Source: a virus. Taken from it: DNA of 30,952 bases. The stretch lies in UHGV virus genome UHGV-0110025; one strand, 5' to 3'. Below, in pieces: positions 16,939 to 24,536 of this stretch. Position numbers and translations under genes: made by a program. Numbering within the stretch: position 1 is the stretch's first letter; each line of letters opens with the position of its first letter. The notes under the pieces are model-generated. The model saw only the letters and a program-made list of their open reading frames with translations. It was not told the DNA's origin and did not search any database.

Positions 16939-17235
16939 ATGACAGAAGGGGAAAAAGGCGTCCTGTCACTGTTTGTGATTGGCGTGATGATTGTTGTCGG
17001 AAAAGTGCTGGCGGGTGGTGAGCCCATTACCCCGCGCCTGTTTATCGGCCGCATGCTGCTCGGCGGTTTTGTTTCAATGGTCGCCGGTGTTGTTCTGGTG
17101 CAGTTTCCAGATATGTCACTGCCTGCCGTTTGTGGGATTGGATCCATGCTCGGCATTGCAGGTTATCAGGTGGTGGAAATCGCCATTCAGCGCCGCTTTA
17201 AGTCACAACAGGGGGATAGCGATGCCGGTCATTAA
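16939..17235 (+). CDS. Holin (98 aa, three predicted TM segments).
   Basis: Hydrophobic helices (VLSLFVIGVMIVVGKVLAGG, LLGGFVSMVAGVVLVQF, AVCGIGSMLGIAGYQVV) with a charged C-terminus. It occupies the P2 gpY position immediately before the endolysin. Confidence 0.7.
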   Translation: MTEGEKGVLSLFVIGVMIVVGKVLAGGEPITPRLFIGRMLLGGFVSMVAGVVLVQFPDMSLPAVCGIGSMLGIAGYQVVEIAIQRRFKSQQGDSDAGH

Positions 17236-17719
17236 TACTCACCAGAATATCGCCGCGTTTCTGGACATGCTGGCCTATTCCGAAGGGACGGCGATGCATC
17301 CGCTGACGAAAAATCGTGGTTACGACGTCATTGTCACTGGCATTGATGGCAAGCCGGAAATTTTCACCGACTACACCGACCACCCTTTCGCACATGGCAG
17401 ACCAGCGAAAGTGTTTAATCGACGCGGCGAAAAATCCACGGCATCAGGGCGTTACCAGCAGCTTTATCTCTACTGGCCGCACTATCAGAAACAGCTCGCA
17501 TTGCCTGATTTCAGCCCGTTGTCGCAGGACAAACTTGCGATTCAGTTAATCCGGGAGCGCGGTGCCATTGAGGATATTAAAGCGGGGCGTATTGAGCGAG
17601 CAATTTCACGTTGCCGCAATATATGGGCGTCGCTGCCGGGTGCAGGTTACGGCCAGCGTGAGCACAGCCTCGACAAACTGGTCACTGTGTGGCGCACGGC
17701 TGGCGGGGTGATGGCATGA
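17222..17719 (+). CDS. Endolysin, a lambda R-type lytic transglycosylase (165 aa). Start at MPVINTHQ overlapping the holin end.
   Basis: AAFLDMLAYSEGT...GYDVIV...FTDY..HP......GRYQ....W..Y.KQL.L.DFSP.SQD..A.Q.I.ERGA......I..AI.RC.NIWASLPGAGYGQ.EH matches the lambda R transglycosylase fold, including the catalytic E in AYSEGT. Confidence 0.8.
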   Translation: MPVINTHQNIAAFLDMLAYSEGTAMHPLTKNRGYDVIVTGIDGKPEIFTDYTDHPFAHGRPAKVFNRRGEKSTASGRYQQLYLYWPHYQKQLALPDFSPLSQDKLAIQLIRERGAIEDIKAGRIERAISRCRNIWASLPGAGYGQREHSLDKLVTVWRTAGGVMA

Positions 17720-18129
17720 AAATCCTGATAACGCTGCTGGTGCTGGCCGTGCTCGGGCTGCTGTGGTTGCGCCATGAGAACGGCAATTTATCCCGCTCCT
17801 TTGAGACGGCAAACCGCGTCGCAAGCGAACAAAAGACGACGATTGGCATGCTGAAAAATCAGCTCAGTGTTGCCGGTCAGCTTGCCCGACGTAATGAATC
17901 CGCGCAGGTGGAACTGCGCGAACAGCTCGCAAAGGCCAGCGCAGAGGCCAGCCGCCGTGAGCAGACGATAACGAGGTTACTTAATGAAAATGAAGCCTTT
18001 CGCCGCTGGTATAACGCTGCTTTGCCTGATGTTGTGCGTCGGCTGCACACCCGCACCGCCTGCGCCAGTGCCGGTGATTGTGGTCAGCGGATGCCCGAGG
18101 GTGAGCCTTTGTCCGATGCCGGGAAGTGA
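17716..18129 (+). CDS. i-spanin (Rz/LysB-like). N-terminal TM anchor then a coiled-coil periplasmic domain.
   Basis: MKILITLLVLAVLGLLWL is a TM segment, followed by a charged coiled-coil region. It lies immediately after the endolysin. Confidence 0.65.
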   Translation: MKILITLLVLAVLGLLWLRHENGNLSRSFETANRVASEQKTTIGMLKNQLSVAGQLARRNESAQVELREQLAKASAEASRREQTITRLLNENEAFRRWYNAALPDVVRRLHTRTACASAGDCGQRMPEGEPLSDAGK

Positions 18130-18274
18130 CCCGAAAACCAATGGTGACCTGAGCGCAGATATCCGCCGTCTTGAGGGCGCGCTGACCGCCTGCGCGCTGC
18201 AGGTTAAAACCGTCAAACACTGTCAGGATGAACTCGATGCAGAAGCACAAAAGCCTGCGCAAAGCGCTGATTAA
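17984..18274 (+). CDS. o-spanin (Rz1/LysC-like lipoprotein). It overlaps the 3' end of the i-spanin gene in another frame and extends past it (overlapped architecture).
   Basis: Signal sequence with a lipobox-like LCVGC then a proline-rich TPAPPAPVPVIVVSGCP, typical of Rz1-type o-spanins. Its frame differs from the i-spanin. Confidence 0.55.
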   Translation: MKMKPFAAGITLLCLMLCVGCTPAPPAPVPVIVVSGCPRVSLCPMPGSDPKTNGDLSADIRRLEGALTACALQVKTVKHCQDELDAEAQKPAQSAD

Positions 18275-18704
18275 CGCCGTGCCGCAGCTCCGAAATAATC
18301 CCGATATGCTGCGCCTTTTTGCCGACAACGGCCATACCGATTCCCGACTGGCGAGCTCGCTGTCGTTTGAAAAGGTGTACGTGCTTAACGTGGTGGTTAC
18401 CGACTTCACCGGTGACCTTGATTTGATATTCGTGCCGGTGCAGGCGTGGCTGCGTGAACATCAGCCGGACATTATGACCACCGACGACGGGCGGGAAAAA
18501 AGATTCACCTGGATTATTGATATCAATAACGACGATTCGCTCGATATCAGTATCAGCCTGAGGCTCACCGAGCGCACGCTCGTCAAAGAGGTCGACGGCG
18601 CGCTGCACGTCAGCTATGCCCCTGAGCCGCCACTGCCTGAGCCGGTGACGCGCCCGGTCGAGCTGTACGTTAACGGCGAACTGGTGAGTAAGTGGGATGA
18701 GTGA
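18237..18704 (+). CDS. R: Tail completion protein gpR. Start taken at MQKHKSLRKAL.
   Basis: NPDMLRLFADNGHTDSRLASSLSFEKVYVLNVVVTDFTGDLDLIFVPVQAWLREHQPDIMTTDDG...PVELYVNGELVSKWDE matches P2 gpR. Confidence 0.85.
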   Translation: MQKHKSLRKALINAVPQLRNNPDMLRLFADNGHTDSRLASSLSFEKVYVLNVVVTDFTGDLDLIFVPVQAWLREHQPDIMTTDDGREKRFTWIIDINNDDSLDISISLRLTERTLVKEVDGALHVSYAPEPPLPEPVTRPVELYVNGELVSKWDE

Positions 18705-19143
18705 ATTAACCGCGCTGCAGGAACGCCTTGCCGGTCTGATTGCCAGCCTGTCACCGGCGGCACGTCGGCAAATGGCGGCTGAGATTGCGAAAAAGCTGCG
18801 TACCAGTCAGCAACAGCGTATCAAGCGCCAGCAGGCACCCGACGGCACCCCGTATGCGGCACGAAAGCGCCAGCCGGTGCGGAGCAAGAAAGGTCGGATT
18901 AAACGTGAAATGTTCGCCAAACTGCGCACCAGTCGCTTTATGAAAGCCAAAGGCAGCGACAGTGCGGCGGTGGTGGAGTTTACCGGCAAGGTGCAGCGCA
19001 TGGCGCGGGTTCATCAGTACGGCCTCAAAGACCGGCCAAACCGTAACAGCCGGGATGTGCAGTACGAGGCGCGCCCGTTGCTCGGTTTCAATAGTATAGA
19101 TATGAGAATTATTGAGCGGTTAATAATTGGGGCTTTGGATTAA
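18697..19143 (+). CDS. S: Tail completion protein gpS.
   Basis: MSELTALQERLAGLIASLSPAARRQMAAEIAKKLR is P2 gpS-like. 148 aa. Start overlaps the R stop. Confidence 0.85.
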   Translation: MSELTALQERLAGLIASLSPAARRQMAAEIAKKLRTSQQQRIKRQQAPDGTPYAARKRQPVRSKKGRIKREMFAKLRTSRFMKAKGSDSAAVVEFTGKVQRMARVHQYGLKDRPNRNSRDVQYEARPLLGFNSIDMRIIERLIIGALD

Positions 19144-19171
19144 TTATGATCTAATATATTATTTTGTGATG

Positions 19172-19200
19172 AGGCTGGATAAACACCAGCCTTGATTTTA
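19172..19200. terminator. Bidirectional rho-independent terminator-like hairpin (7-bp stem aggctgg / ccagcct, 7-nt loop) with a T-rich tail, between convergent gpS (+) and the HIT gene (-).
   Basis: Inverted repeat read directly from the sequence. T-rich on the plus-strand side. It lies between the two stop codons. Confidence 0.4.
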
Positions 19201-19842
19201 TAGTTTGAAATCTGCGTAATTATCAATAACCTCTAGAACACCGCTGATATTGTTATCTCTGCGCCAATTCCAATTGCCATGTATCAAATTTGCATTAGAA
19301 TAAAGATATCTAAGGAACTGAGATGGTAAGAGTGGTTTGTTGCATAAAAATTCATCATAACTATTACTCATATACCACACATATCCATTTTTAATGTCAA
19401 AACTTAAATTCTCACCTTCAATTTTCTTAAAGTTAATTTCTTTATTTAGAGCATTTTCAAACTCTTGTGTATAATAAACACAGTGTATATGAGCGTGAGA
19501 AATGCACCCTCCTGAACGATCTATATTTTCACCTGCTCCGCTTTCAAAGAAAATTAGAGATCTACCAGATTGGTGGATTATAAATTCATTAAGTTCTCGC
19601 AGAATCTCCTTGCCATTACTCCGGGTATCTCGATCAAGAGCAGCAAAGGAGTTGATATGCCGCTTAGGAATCAGCATCACATGCGAATTATTTAGCGGGC
19701 CAATACTAGGTACAATTAGAAAATCATTTGTTTCTGCAATGATATTTTTCTTGTCATTTACGATTTCATCGTATCCTTTGATAAGGCTAATGCCATTTAT
19801 TTCATCGCATATTCCACAGAACGAATTACAAGAATTATTCAC
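19198..19842 (-). CDS. HIT-family (histidine triad) nucleotide hydrolase/transferase-like protein, 214 aa, GTG start with strong SD. Low-GC cargo.
   Basis: Histidine-triad motif GGCISHAHIHCV (HxHxHxx) with upstream HINT-like elements (CGICDE..., FLIVPSIGPLNNSHVMLIPKRH). SD aggaga 8 nt upstream of GTG. Start overlaps the stop of the upstream membrane-protein gene by 8 nt. Confidence 0.7.
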   Translation of the reverse strand: MNNSCNSFCGICDEINGISLIKGYDEIVNDKKNIIAETNDFLIVPSIGPLNNSHVMLIPKRHINSFAALDRDTRSNGKEILRELNEFIIHQSGRSLIFFESGAGENIDRSGGCISHAHIHCVYYTQEFENALNKEINFKKIEGENLSFDIKNGYVWYMSNSYDEFLCNKPLLPSQFLRYLYSNANLIHGNWNWRRDNNISGVLEVIDNYADFKL

Positions 19843-20356
19843 GTTTATTGTCTCCTGGTTTTTTAGGGAGCAATTTTTCAGCCCAAGATGCGAGTCGGCT
19901 TAGAACTAAGTCTGAAAAATATCCTAATATAAAACAAATCGAGAATGCAATTTTGGTCTTACCATGCCCTTTAATGGAGGATACAAACGTATCCGGAGAT
20001 AATATCGTATAAGAACAAAAAGCCACTAAAGCAGCTAAGAACGGAATAAAAATCCTCCAGTAGAACTTATGGGATTCCCAAGGAAAATTATACTGATTGT
20101 TTTTCCCTCTAGCAGTTACTCTATAAAACCATTTTGCATTATACACCCACCCTCCAAAAAAACCGCCAAGAATAGAAAACAAAGATATTTTATTATTATA
20201 TGACAGCTCAAAAACAAATTGGAAAAGAAAGGCGAGAATGCAACCTATTACAAAAAGAACTATTAAATAAGCAAATTCGAATTTTATTTGTTCACAATCG
20301 TTATTAAAATAAGGCACAACCTCATCATCGCCTAAGGTTTTTTTTCTTTCAGTCAT
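19835..20356 (-). CDS. Small integral membrane protein (about 173 aa from the MTERKK start, four predicted TM helices). First gene of the 2-gene low-GC operon with the HIT gene.
   Basis: Hydrophobic helices (FAYLIVLFVIGCILAFLFQFVF, ISLFSILGGFFGGWVY, WRIFIPFLAALVAFCSYTIL, IAFSICFILGYFSDLVL). SD gaaggtg upstream of the 20356 start. The ORF-track TTG start at 20407 is less likely. Confidence 0.55.
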   Translation of the reverse strand: MTERKKTLGDDEVVPYFNNDCEQIKFEFAYLIVLFVIGCILAFLFQFVFELSYNNKISLFSILGGFFGGWVYNAKWFYRVTARGKNNQYNFPWESHKFYWRIFIPFLAALVAFCSYTILSPDTFVSSIKGHGKTKIAFSICFILGYFSDLVLSRLASWAEKLLPKKPGDNKRE

Positions 20357-20532
20357 TTGCCAAACACCTTCATTTTTTACTGTGAGCCAGGGTAATTGCA
20401 TATTCAACTTGGCTATTCTAATTAATTCTCACAAGATTTCATAGATGTTGAGTAGACCTCTCAGAAGTTGTTTCATTCCTCACAGAATCCATCTCGATTG
20501 CCACTAATCTTGCCGGGCGTCATCCTTCCCAT

Positions 20533-21168
20533 ATGAAAAATCTAAATTCTTTGCAAGAAATCGCACGCGCGATCCGAAATCTCATCCGTACCGGCATCGT
20601 TAGCGACGTAGACCTCAAGGAGGGGCTATGTCGTATCCAGACCGGGGGGATGCAAACCACTTGGCTGAACTGGCTGACCACCCGAGCCGGTCGTTCGCGG
20701 ACGTGGTGGGCTCCCTCGGTCGGTGAGCAGGTTCTGCTGCTGGCAATCGGTGGCGAGCTTGATACCGCTTTCGTGCTGCCGGGTATTTTCTCCGACGATA
20801 ACCCCGCCCCGTCTGCCTCGGCGGATGCGTGGCATGTGGCTTTCCCTGATGGTGCGGTCATTGAGTACGAGCCCGAAACCGGCGCGCTGACGGTCAGCGG
20901 CATAAAAACGGCCGACGTGACGGCATCGGAGTCCATCACCGCAACCGTACCGCTGGTACTGGTGAAAGCCTCGACCAGTATCACCCTCGACACCCCGGAG
21001 GTGATTTGCACCAATAAGCTAACGACGGCGACGCTTGAGGTGCAGAAAGGCGGCAAGATGAGCGGCAATATCGAACATACCGGCGGGTCACTGTCGTCTA
21101 ATGGCAAGGTACTCCACACCCATAAACACCCGGGCGACAGCGGCGGGCAAACGGGGGCACCGTTATGA
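20533..21168 (+). CDS. V: Baseplate spike/assembly protein gpV.
   Basis: QTGGMQTTWLNWLTTRAGRSRTWWAPSVGEQVLLLAIGGELDTAFVLPGIFS...GKVLHTHKHPGDSGGQTGAPL is near-identical in pattern to P2 gpV. Confidence 0.9.
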   Translation: MKNLNSLQEIARAIRNLIRTGIVSDVDLKEGLCRIQTGGMQTTWLNWLTTRAGRSRTWWAPSVGEQVLLLAIGGELDTAFVLPGIFSDDNPAPSASADAWHVAFPDGAVIEYEPETGALTVSGIKTADVTASESITATVPLVLVKASTSITLDTPEVICTNKLTTATLEVQKGGKMSGNIEHTGGSLSSNGKVLHTHKHPGDSGGQTGAPL

Positions 21169-21512
21169 CGGCGCGCTATCAGGGGATGAACCGAAATACC
21201 GGCCTTGGCATCAGCGATACCGAGCATATCAGCCAGAGCATGCGCGATATTCTGCTGACGCCGGTCGGCTCGCGGGTGATGCGTCGTGAATATGGCTCGC
21301 TTCTGTCGGCGCTGATTGATATGCCGCAAAACCCGGCGCTCAGGCTGCAAATTATGGTGGCGTGCTATTCGGCTATCCAGAAGTGGGAGCCGCGCATCAG
21401 GCTTACATCCATCAGCTTTGAGGCCGGCGACGCTGGCGAGATGTATGTCGATATTACCGGGATGCGTACCGATACCGGTGCGTCAGTTTCAACCACTGTT
21501 TCACTGAGTTAA
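21165..21512 (+). CDS. W: Baseplate wedge protein gpW (gp25-like).
   Basis: 115 aa, MTARYQGMNRNTGLGISDTEHISQSMRDILLTPVGSRVMRREYGS matches P2 W. Start overlaps the V stop. Confidence 0.88.
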   Translation: MTARYQGMNRNTGLGISDTEHISQSMRDILLTPVGSRVMRREYGSLLSALIDMPQNPALRLQIMVACYSAIQKWEPRIRLTSISFEAGDAGEMYVDITGMRTDTGASVSTTVSLS

Positions 21513-21518
21513 ATAACT

Positions 21519-22427
21519 ATGCCAACCGTTGACCTGAGTCAGTTACCCGTTCCCGATGTGGTTGAGGAACTGGACTATGAAACCATCCTTGCGGAACGCA
21601 AAGCGACGCTGATATCGCTCTATCCAGAAGACCAGCAGGAGGCCATTGCCCGGACGCTCACACTTGAGTCAGAGCCGGTTGTTAAGCTGCTGCAGGAAAA
21701 CGCCTACCGTGAAGTTATCTGGCGTCAGCGGGTGAACGAAGCCGCGCAGGCGGTGACGCTGGCCTACTCCGCCGGTAACGACCTCGACGTCGTAGCCGGG
21801 AACAATAATACCGAACGCCTGACCATCACCCCGGCGGATGATATCACCATCCCGCCGATACCTGCCGTTATGGAATCTGATACCGACCTGCGACTGCGCA
21901 CGCAACAGGCGTTTGAGGGATTGAGCGTGGCGGGTCCGGTCGGTGCATATGAGTATCACGGTCGCAGCGCCGACGGGCGGGTCGCTGACGTTTCGGTCGC
22001 CAGCCCGTCGCCAGCCTGCGTGACGATTACCGTGCTATCGCGTGAGGGTGACGGCACTGCCAGCCCTGAGCTACTGGCGATTGTTGATAAAGCGCTGAAC
22101 GCCGAAGATGTGCGCCCGGTGGCTGACCGGGTGACCGTCCAGTCAGCCGAGATTGTACCGTACCAGATTGACGCGACGATCTACGTTTACCCCGGCCCCG
22201 AATCTGAACCCATCAGGCAGGCGTCAGAGCAGAAGCTGCAGAGCTACATCAGCGCGCAGCACCGCCTCGGGCGTGATATCCGTCTGTCAGCCATTTATGC
22301 GGCGCTGCATGTTGAGGGGGTGCAGCGTGTCGAGCTGACATCACCGCAGGCCGACATAGTGCTGAGTAAGTCGCAGGCGTCGAACTGTACCGAGTACCAG
22401 ATAACTATCGGGGGCTCGGATGAATGA
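21519..22427 (+). CDS. J: Baseplate assembly protein gpJ.
   Basis: MPTVDLSQLPVPDVVEELDYETIL is the P2 gpJ N-terminus. 302 aa. Confidence 0.9.
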   Translation: MPTVDLSQLPVPDVVEELDYETILAERKATLISLYPEDQQEAIARTLTLESEPVVKLLQENAYREVIWRQRVNEAAQAVTLAYSAGNDLDVVAGNNNTERLTITPADDITIPPIPAVMESDTDLRLRTQQAFEGLSVAGPVGAYEYHGRSADGRVADVSVASPSPACVTITVLSREGDGTASPELLAIVDKALNAEDVRPVADRVTVQSAEIVPYQIDATIYVYPGPESEPIRQASEQKLQSYISAQHRLGRDIRLSAIYAALHVEGVQRVELTSPQADIVLSKSQASNCTEYQITIGGSDE

Positions 22428-23028
22428 CCGGCTATTACCCGTTGGCTCGTCGCCGCTGGAGGTCGCCGCCGCCGCTGCGTTCTCTGAGATTCAGCGCGTG
22501 CCGGTACCGCTACGCACCCTGTGGAACTGGCGCACCTGCCCGGTAAAGCTGCTGCCGTATCTGGCGTGGGCGCTGTCGGTCGACAGGTGGGATGAGAAAT
22601 GGCCGGAGGCGACAAAGCGCAGCGTCTGCGCGTCCTCGTTTTTCGTCCATCAGCACAAAGGCACCATCAGCGCATTGCGTCGGGTCGTCGAGCCGCTCGG
22701 CTTTCTGATTGAGGTGCGCGAGTGGTGGCAACTCGACGAGGAGCCAGGCACATTCCGCCTCGTTGTTGGCGTCCTCGACAGCGGCATCACTGACGAAATG
22801 TATCAGGAGCTTGAGCGCCTGATTGAAGACGCCAAACCGGCAAGTCGCCACCTGACCGGGCTGGCTATCAGTCTGAGCTCGACCGGCGAACTGTATGTCG
22901 GCGCGGGATGCTATCACGGCGACGCACTGACTGTTTACCCCTACACCCCCGAGGAGATTGTCGTCGGCGGTGAATATTACCCGGCCTCGGCCATCCATTT
23001 GATTGATAACCTGAGAGTAAACGCATGA
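22420..23028 (+). CDS. I: Baseplate assembly protein gpI.
   Basis: MNDRLLPVGSSPLEVAAAAAF is the P2 gpI N-terminus. 202 aa. Overlaps the J stop. Confidence 0.88.
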   Translation: MNDRLLPVGSSPLEVAAAAAFSEIQRVPVPLRTLWNWRTCPVKLLPYLAWALSVDRWDEKWPEATKRSVCASSFFVHQHKGTISALRRVVEPLGFLIEVREWWQLDEEPGTFRLVVGVLDSGITDEMYQELERLIEDAKPASRHLTGLAISLSSTGELYVGAGCYHGDALTVYPYTPEEIVVGGEYYPASAIHLIDNLRVNA

Positions 23029-23990
23029 CCGCAAAATATTTTGCCATTCTGACCAATCAGGGCGCGGCGCGGCTGGCGAACGCGGCGGCACTCGGTACCA
23101 AACTCAACCTGACGCAGATGGCCGTCGGTGATGCGAATGGTACGTTGCCGACCCCTGACCCGGCGCAGACGAAGCTCATTAACCAGAAACGCATCGCGCC
23201 GCTGAACCTGCTGACCGTTGACCCGGCCAATACCAGTCAGATTATCGCGGAACAGATTATTCCCGAGAATGAAGGTGGTTTCTGGATCCGCGAGATTGGT
23301 CTCTATGACGATGATGGTATTCTGATTGCCGTGGCGAACTGTCCGGAGACCTACAAGCCACAACTGCAGGAGGGAAGCGGTCGCACGCAGACCATTCGCA
23401 TGATTCTGATTGTGTCGAGCACATCGGCAATCACCCTGAAAATCGACCCGGCAGTCGTGCTGGCAACGCGCCAGTATGTCGACGATAAGGTTATCGAGGT
23501 GAAAGCTTATGCTGATGACCTGATGAAAAAGCATGTTGAAGCCGTAAATCCGCATAAGCAGTACCCGCTGATTGCCAACGCGCTTAAAGAAATGGTTGAT
23601 GCCGGACTGGTTGATGAGATTTTTGCAAATTTAGGGTTGGGAACAGCCGCAAAAAAAGACATTGGTACGGGGGCTAATCAGATTCCAGATATGAATAGCT
23701 TCAATGGGAGTCTTGGTACAAATGGTTACTCGAAACTGCCAAATGGGCTAATTTTTCAATGGGGATGGTTTAGTATGAAATCCACATCAGGTGCGGTTGG
23801 GACAAGCACAGTTACGCTTCCAATTGCATTCCCTGTAGCATTTTTAACGCTTACAGCTTTGTTTAGTACACAGGATCCATCAACGCGTTCAGTTGGCTTT
23901 AATACAGCACTATCGGGGAAAACAGCAATTAACTTTACATATGTTTCACCAACTGACAATTCTATTTTTTGGTTTGCGGTGGGGTGCTGA
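23025..23990 (+). CDS. H: Tail fibre protein gpH (short form, 321 aa), with a conserved N-terminal baseplate-attachment domain and a low-GC, divergent C-terminal receptor-binding region.
   Basis: N-terminus MTAKYFAILTNQGAARLANAAALGTKLNLTQMAVGDANG matches P2 H. GC drops sharply from about 23640 to the end, as expected for an exchanged host-range module. Confidence 0.8.
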   Translation: MTAKYFAILTNQGAARLANAAALGTKLNLTQMAVGDANGTLPTPDPAQTKLINQKRIAPLNLLTVDPANTSQIIAEQIIPENEGGFWIREIGLYDDDGILIAVANCPETYKPQLQEGSGRTQTIRMILIVSSTSAITLKIDPAVVLATRQYVDDKVIEVKAYADDLMKKHVEAVNPHKQYPLIANALKEMVDAGLVDEIFANLGLGTAAKKDIGTGANQIPDMNSFNGSLGTNGYSKLPNGLIFQWGWFSMKSTSGAVGTSTVTLPIAFPVAFLTLTALFSTQDPSTRSVGFNTALSGKTAINFTYVSPTDNSIFWFAVGC

Positions 23991-23991
23991 G

Positions 23992-24405
23992 ATGGAAAAA
24001 ATATACTACTTTGACCCTGCAAGTCCTGGTTTCTACATCTCACCTGATAGCCCGTTAATTCCTGAAGGTTCTGTAGAAATTAGAGTCGAACAATATATGC
24101 AATATGCCGGGATTGCGTGGCCGGAAAATAAAGTATTGGGTGCTGATTCTTCGGGGCTACCTGCATGGCTGGATGCGCCACCGAAGACAAAACAAGAGAT
24201 GATTGACGAGGCAAAAGGTCGCCGGGTAAATCTGATTACCGAGGCTAAAGACGCCATTAGCCTGTGGCAGACCGAGCTGCAACTCGGCATCGTCAGCGAC
24301 GATGACAAGGCCAACCTGATTGCATGGATGAAATACATTCAGGCGCTGAACGCGGTCGACACCTCAACAGCACCGGATATCGAGTGGCCGGTAAAACCGG
24401 AATAA
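23992..24405 (+). CDS. G: Tail fibre assembly chaperone gpG (137 aa from MEKIYYF).
   Basis: It lies immediately after H, with a low-GC N-terminal half co-varying with the H C-terminus. The C-terminal motif (IAWMKYIQALNAV) is typical of tail fibre assembly proteins. Confidence 0.7.
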   Translation: MEKIYYFDPASPGFYISPDSPLIPEGSVEIRVEQYMQYAGIAWPENKVLGADSSGLPAWLDAPPKTKQEMIDEAKGRRVNLITEAKDAISLWQTELQLGIVSDDDKANLIAWMKYIQALNAVDTSTAPDIEWPVKPE

Positions 24406-24411
24406 CGCAAG

Positions 24412-24434
24412 GCGGGCTGATGCCCGTCTTTTTT
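24412..24434 (+). terminator. Rho-independent terminator after gpG. Stem gcgggc / gcccgt (one G-U pair), loop tgat, followed by TTTTTT.
   Basis: Read directly from the sequence. It is the end of the V-W-J-I-H-G operon as in P2. Only about 130 bp lie between G and FI, so the Z/fun hotspot is empty. Confidence 0.45.
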
Positions 24435-24536
24435 ATGATTTGTTTATGTGCCATCCCCTACCCATCGCCGATAAATAGCCCCTCAACAGACCAGCCAGGA
24501 CAATAACACTTGCCCACTAACCACGGAGTTAACCGG

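Noticed and set aside
20520-21350. 276-aa minus-strand ORF overlapping V and W
   Set aside because: It is antisense to the highly conserved gpV/gpW genes. It is Ser/Pro/Arg-rich low-complexity translation, which is a shadow ORF.
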